Assembly (NCBI GenBank): GCA_963782055.1
Contig: CAWAIF010000003.1
Coordinates: 3,680,001-3,744,000 of the forward strand
From: an uncultured delta proteobacterium
GTDB lineage: Bacteria; Myxococcota_A; Polyangia; Polyangiales; Polyangiaceae
Length of the DNA stretch: 64,000 nt
Reading direction: 5' to 3'
Shown in pieces: positions 59,439 through 64,000 of the stretch. Numbering within the stretch: the first letter of the stretch is position 1; each line of letters starts with the position of its first letter. Below the pieces are notes generated by a model. That model searched no databases. It was not told the origin of the DNA and worked only from the letters and a program-made list of their open reading frames with translations. Made by a program: the position numbers and the translations under genes.

Positions 59439-60775
59439 CCGCTCCGCAGCGCCATCCACGCCAGCACGAACGCCAGCCCCGCCCCCGCGCCCATCGCCGC
59501 GTAGAGGGCGATGCCCTTCGCCTCGCTGGGCCTCCGCGGCAACGGCGTGGCCGAGGTCGTGCGCACCAGCGCCGCCGACGGCGTCGTCGGCCCCGCCGGC
59601 GCCTCGATCCGCACCAAGAAGTCGCGCGGTCCCTCCGGGAGCTCCGGCTCTGCGGGGGGCAAGAGCTCCCGCACCGGCGGCAGGTCCTCCTCCTCCAGGT
59701 CCTCCGGCGGCAGCAGCGGCACGCTCGGCTCCAGCGGCGGCACCTCCGCAAGCGGCACGCTGGGAAGGAACGTCGTGCGCTCCCTGCCCGTCGCGAGGCT
59801 GAGCCAGTCGGCCTGCTTCTCCGCCTCGCCGGGGAACAGCTCCGCCACCAGCATCGCCAGGTGCGCGCGCAGCTCGGCGTCGGAGGTCGAGCCGATGACC
59901 TCATCCAGATCGTCGGCCATCTCGCCGGCGGAGGCGTAGCGCGTGTCGCGATCGTGGCGCAGCGCGCGCTCGATGACGCGCCAGAGCGGCGCGTGGAAGT
60001 CCTGGATGAAGGTGCGCGGGTCGGGCACCTCGCCCCTCTGGATGGCGCGCACGGTGGCGACGTCGGTGTCGCGCTTGAAGAGGCGCCGCATCGTCGTCGT
60101 CTCCCAGAGCGTCGTGCCCAGGGCGTACAGGTCGGAGCGCCCATCCAGGTTGTCCTCCTTGATCTGCTCCGGCGAGAGGTACGGGATCTTGCCCTTGATG
60201 AGCCCGCGGGTGCTCTTGGTCTGCCGCTTGCGCGCCTTGGCCAGGCCGAAGTCGATCAGCTTCACGCTGCCGTCGTAGCCGATGAAGATGTTGCTGGGGT
60301 TCACGTCGCGGTGGACGATGTTCAGGCGGTGGTGGTCGTCCTCGTCGACGAGATCGTGGGCGTGCTGCAGCCCGCGCGCGACCTCCCGCGCGACCCACGC
60401 GGCGACGTCCAGCGGGACGCGCTTGCCCAGGCTCGCCGCCATCTCCCAGACGTCCAGCAGCGTGCGGCCCATCAGCAGCTCCATCGCGATGAACCACGCC
60501 CCGGCCTGCGAGCCGAAGCCCACCGTGCGGATCACGTTGGGGTGATTGAGCCGCGTGAGCAGGTGCGCCTCGTCGAGGAACATCTTCTCGTAGGCCGGGC
60601 TCTGGACGAACTCGCCCTTGACCACCTTGAGGGCCACCACCTCCTGCCCCGGCGGCGGCTCCTCGCCGGGCGCGGCCACGTAGCGGCCCAGGTAGACGGA
60701 GGCCATGCCGCCGCCCCCGATCTTCGGACCGAGCGCGAACGGTCCGAGGACCTCGTGCGACGGGGCGAGCGTCAT
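59435..60775 (-). CDS. Ser/Thr protein kinase with C-terminal TM helix
   Basis: GGGGMASVY, VALK, HRDVNPSN, DFG, YLSPEQ, DLYALG. Confidence 0.95.
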   Translation of the reverse strand: MTLAPSHEVLGPFALGPKIGGGGMASVYLGRYVAAPGEEPPPGQEVVALKVVKGEFVQSPAYEKMFLDEAHLLTRLNHPNVIRTVGFGSQAGAWFIAMELLMGRTLLDVWEMAASLGKRVPLDVAAWVAREVARGLQHAHDLVDEDDHHRLNIVHRDVNPSNIFIGYDGSVKLIDFGLAKARKRQTKSTRGLIKGKIPYLSPEQIKEDNLDGRSDLYALGTTLWETTTMRRLFKRDTDVATVRAIQRGEVPDPRTFIQDFHAPLWRVIERALRHDRDTRYASAGEMADDLDEVIGSTSDAELRAHLAMLVAELFPGEAEKQADWLSLATGRERTTFLPSVPLAEVPPLEPSVPLLPPEDLEEEDLPPVRELLPPAEPELPEGPRDFLVRIEAPAGPTTPSAALVRTTSATPLPRRPSEAKGIALYAAMGAGAGLAFVLAWMALRSG

Positions 60776-60866
60776 GGCGAAGAGAGCGTAGCCGAACCCG
60801 GAGACGTGTCCAAAGTGGCGGAGCGCTCCTCGCCCGACGCGCAGCGGAGGGCCCGCGTGGGGTGGG

Positions 60867-60956
60867 GCCCCAATGAATTCACTTCATTGGGGCGGGGCGG
60901 CGCGTGCCGCCCCGATGACAAGTGAAAGACCTGTCCAGCATCTCTGGACAGGTCTT
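60867..60956. other. Three tandem perfect hairpins in a divergent intergenic region
   Basis: 11-, 9- and 13-bp inverted repeats with 5-, 4- and 5-nt loops. Confidence 0.8.
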
Positions 60957-60994
60957 GGAGCCCGCGGCCGGGCGGTTTGCTACATTGCCCCACC

Positions 60995-61927
60995 GTGCGC
61001 AGCGACGTCGTGAGCCTGGTGATGGCGGCCTACAACCGCGCGCACACCCTCGACCGCGCCATCGAGAGCGTGCTCCGGCAGACCTACCCGCACTGGGAGC
61101 TGGTCATCGTCGACGACGGCTCCACCGACGGCACCGACGAGGTGCTCGGCCGCAGGCGCGACGAGCGCATCCGGGTCGTGCGCCACGATCGCAACCGCGG
61201 CGTCACCGCCGCCAAGAACACCGGCTTCGACCACGCCCGCGGCGACTGGATCGCCACGCTGGACTCCGACGACGAGATCGTCCCGCAGGCGCTCGCGGTG
61301 CTCCTTCGCCCCCTCGACGAGGTGGACCCGGACCTGGACGCGGTCGGCTGCAACTGCTTCGACTCGCAGACGGGCACGCTCACCGGTCGCGGCCTGCGGC
61401 GCGATCAGTTCATCAGCGTGCCCATCATGCTGGACGTGCTGCGCGGCGAGCACTGGGGCATGTTCCACCGCCGCATCCTGGGCAACCGGCGCTTCAACGA
61501 GCGCATCCGCGGCAGCGAGGGGCTGCTCTGGTGCCGCATCTACGACGGCGCCAAGTGGTACTACGTGCACCGTGGGCTGCGCGTCTACCACACCGAGGGC
61601 GACGACCGCCTCACCTCCAGCGCCGCCCCCGCGCGCGATCGCGAGCGCCGCCGCTACGAGATGTACCGCGCCATCTTCGACGAGGAGTCGGCGCTGCTCC
61701 ACCACATCCGCCGCCTGAGCGTGCGCGAGTACCGGAGCATCCTGCGGGAGGCCGCGCGCTCCTTCCTGCTCGCCGGCGACGGCGAGCGCCTGGGCGAGGC
61801 GGTACGCAACCTGGAGGAGAGCGGGGAGCACCTGCGCCCCGGCCTGCTGCGCGCCGGCGCCCGCCTCTCGCCCCTCCTCCGCGCCCTGCGCGGCCCGGGG
61901 CCGGTGGAGAAGGAGATGCGGCGATGA
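60995..61927 (+). CDS. GT2 glycosyltransferase, paralog 1
   Basis: VSLVMAAYN, VDDGSTD, LDSDD. Confidence 0.92.
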   Translation: MRSDVVSLVMAAYNRAHTLDRAIESVLRQTYPHWELVIVDDGSTDGTDEVLGRRRDERIRVVRHDRNRGVTAAKNTGFDHARGDWIATLDSDDEIVPQALAVLLRPLDEVDPDLDAVGCNCFDSQTGTLTGRGLRRDQFISVPIMLDVLRGEHWGMFHRRILGNRRFNERIRGSEGLLWCRIYDGAKWYYVHRGLRVYHTEGDDRLTSSAAPARDRERRRYEMYRAIFDEESALLHHIRRLSVREYRSILREAARSFLLAGDGERLGEAVRNLEESGEHLRPGLLRAGARLSPLLRALRGPGPVEKEMRR

Positions 61928-62820
61928 TCTCGCTGGTCATGCCCACCTTCAACCGCGCGCACGTCCTCGGCCGCGCGGTGCGCAGCATGCTGGCGCAGAC
62001 CCACGACGACTGGGAGCTGGTCATCGTGGACGGCGCCTCCACCGACGACACCGAGGCGGTGGTGCGCGCCTTCGGCGATCCGCGCATCCGGCTGGTGCGG
62101 CAGCCGGAGAACACAGGCCACATCTCCGGCCGCAACCTGGGCCTGGACGAGGCGCGCGGCGAGTGGCTGGGCATGCTGGACTCCGACGACGAGCTGGTCC
62201 CGCAGGCGCTCGGCATGCTGATGCGCGCCCTGGACGAGGTGGACCCCGAGCTGGACGCCATCTCGTGCAACTGCTTCGACGCCCGCACCAGGCGCTTCAC
62301 CGGCACCGGCCTGCGGCGCGACGGGTGGCTGACGGTGGGCCTCTCCCTCGACCGCTGCCGCGGGGAGCACTGGGGCATCTTCCGGCGGCGCATCCTGGGC
62401 TCGCGCCGCTTCGACGAGCGCATCCGCGGCTACGAGGGCCTGCTCTGGTACCGCATCCACGACGGCGCGCGCTGGTACTACCTGCACAGGGGCCTGCGCA
62501 TCTACCACCGCGAGGGCGCCGACCGGAACAGCATCCAGCCAGGCACCGACTACGGCCTCTACAAGTCCATCTTCGACTTCGACCCAGGGTACGTCACGCG
62601 CCTGCGCACCTGGAGCCCGCGCGCCTACCGCCGCTTCAACTTCAACGCCGCCGGTCAGTTCCTCTACGCCGGCGACCGCGAGCGCTTCGAGCGCGCCCTC
62701 GCCAACCTGCGCGCGAGCGGCGACGCGATGCGCCCGGCGGTGCTGCGCGTCGGCATGGGCGTCTACCCGGTGCTCAAGCCGGCGATCTTGCGCGCGAGTC
62801 AGTACCTCGACAGGAGGTGA
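61924..62820 (+). CDS. GT2 glycosyltransferase, paralog 2
   Basis: ISLVMPTFN, VDGASTD, LDSDD; ATGA overlap; colinear with the upstream gene. Confidence 0.92.
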   Translation: MISLVMPTFNRAHVLGRAVRSMLAQTHDDWELVIVDGASTDDTEAVVRAFGDPRIRLVRQPENTGHISGRNLGLDEARGEWLGMLDSDDELVPQALGMLMRALDEVDPELDAISCNCFDARTRRFTGTGLRRDGWLTVGLSLDRCRGEHWGIFRRRILGSRRFDERIRGYEGLLWYRIHDGARWYYLHRGLRIYHREGADRNSIQPGTDYGLYKSIFDFDPGYVTRLRTWSPRAYRRFNFNAAGQFLYAGDRERFERALANLRASGDAMRPAVLRVGMGVYPVLKPAILRASQYLDRR

Positions 62821-63779
62821 AGCGGCGCGCGCCCGACGTCCTCCGGGCGGAGGCGCGCCGCCGCGGACGCCATCGGGTGCGCCGGCCCCACCTGCACCAG
62901 CCACACCCCGAGCACGCGCAGCGCGGCGGGCGGCATCAGCCGGAAGGGGTGCGCCAGCCGGTCGCGCACCGCCAGCACCTCGCCCTGCTCTACCACATGC
63001 GTCGAGCTCGCGTAGACGAGCGCGAGACCCTGCCGCCGCCCCAGCTCCAGGTACTCAGGCAGGCGCACGCGGTTGGGGAGGTCGATGTGCGAGCTCATCG
63101 CGCGGTAGACGCGCTCGGGGAAGAGCAGGAAGTCCAGCTCGTGATCGAAGCGGTTGCCGTGGCAGCGCAGGTCCACCTTGTGGATGAGCACCGCGTCGTC
63201 GGTGGCGACCTCGCCCAGGTCGGCGAAGAGCGTGTCCAGATCGCCCACGTGCTCCAGCACCGCGCGGGAGATCACCCGGTCGAAGCGCTTGCCCCCGGCG
63301 CGGAGCGCCGCCGCGGACGTGTGCACGCTGCACCCATCGAGGAGCTCCTGGGCCCGCCCGTAGGACGCATCCTCCCCGGCGCGGCGCAGGAGCGGGCCGT
63401 AGATCGCCTCCAGGTAGCGGTCCTTGCGGGACTGGATGTCGTAGGGGTCGTAGCCCTCGCACGCCGCCGCCCCACGCAGGCGGGCGAGCAGCGCCACCGA
63501 GCGCGTGTCGCCAGGGCCGAGCTCGAGCACCCGCCGGCCGCGGAAGAGGTCCTCGCCGGGGCGCACCACCCCCACGTGCTCCGCCATCGCCTGGTAGTCG
63601 CCCGCCACCGCCTCGAAGTAGTCCGCCCCCGCCTCCCCGTTGCGATCGTCCCCGCGGCCCGTATCGCCCGTGAGGCGCTGCAGCGCGGCGGACACGGCGG
63701 GCGCGCGCCGCGTGAGCTGGTTGTAGGCGGCGTGGTACGCGAAGGAGCGACCCGCCCAGAGGGCCTTGCCGAGACGCAT
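62799..63779 (-). CDS. Class I SAM-dependent methyltransferase, paralog of 58461-59438
   Basis: VLELGPGDTR, SRAVLEHV, IHKVDLRCHG..F..ELDFLLFP. Confidence 0.85.
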   Translation of the reverse strand: MRLGKALWAGRSFAYHAAYNQLTRRAPAVSAALQRLTGDTGRGDDRNGEAGADYFEAVAGDYQAMAEHVGVVRPGEDLFRGRRVLELGPGDTRSVALLARLRGAAACEGYDPYDIQSRKDRYLEAIYGPLLRRAGEDASYGRAQELLDGCSVHTSAAALRAGGKRFDRVISRAVLEHVGDLDTLFADLGEVATDDAVLIHKVDLRCHGNRFDHELDFLLFPERVYRAMSSHIDLPNRVRLPEYLELGRRQGLALVYASSTHVVEQGEVLAVRDRLAHPFRLMPPAALRVLGVWLVQVGPAHPMASAAARLRPEDVGRAPLHLLSRY

Positions 63780-63904
63780 GGACCCCCGCGCTATAGCCGA
63801 AGCGGCGCCCGATGCCGAGGCCGCCGGGCGAACGCCAGAAAGCCGGCGCCGGGCGTGCGCTCGCGCTTCAGTTGGACTACAACCCCGGCTGCGAGGAGGC
63901 TTCC

Positions 63905-64000
63905 GTGAAACTCGTTGCTTTCGGCGCCGGATACGTGGGGCTCGTCACCGGGACGGGCCTCGCCGAGCTCGGCCACGACGTGCTCATCGTCGACATCGAC
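63905..64000 (+). CDS. UDP-glucose/GDP-mannose dehydrogenase family protein (5' part only)
   Basis: GAGGAGG RBS; VKLVAFGAGYVGLVTGTGLAELGHDVLIVDID. Confidence 0.85.
   Translation, partial: MKLVAFGAGYVGLVTGTGLAELGHDVLIVDID

Overview
High-GC bacterial chromosomal window whose gene content (Ser/Thr kinase, many Cys-rich lipoproteins, sigma54-type motifs) suggests a myxobacterium; this is inference. Ordinary content: an M50 peptidase, HExxH membrane protein and Lon; tsaB; an NAD-salvage operon (NAPRT, nicotinamidase-like, NrtR, MoxR/RavA ATPase) with a candidate NrtR operator; an M1 aminopeptidase; glucan phosphorylase; hutH (frameshifted); a beta-barrel plus two paralogous ~1140-aa lipase-like lipoproteins; pgsA; and a mosaic surface-glycan locus (asnB, 2 GT4, 2 GT2, 4 methyltransferases, flippase, UDP-sugar dehydrogenase). 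The most unusual signal is a repeated module present as two tail-to-tail pairs (20.3-22.1 kb and 56.8-58.5 kb). Each module is a small four-helix-bundle (23S-IVP/Avd-like) gene preceded by a 160-200 nt structured leader and embedded in hexamer microsatellite tracts. Three leaders share one fold with a 14-bp stem showing fully compensatory substitutions. The fourth has a different 30-bp hairpin covering its start codon. No transposase or reverse transcriptase is visible in the window. No rRNA, tRNA or CRISPR array was found.
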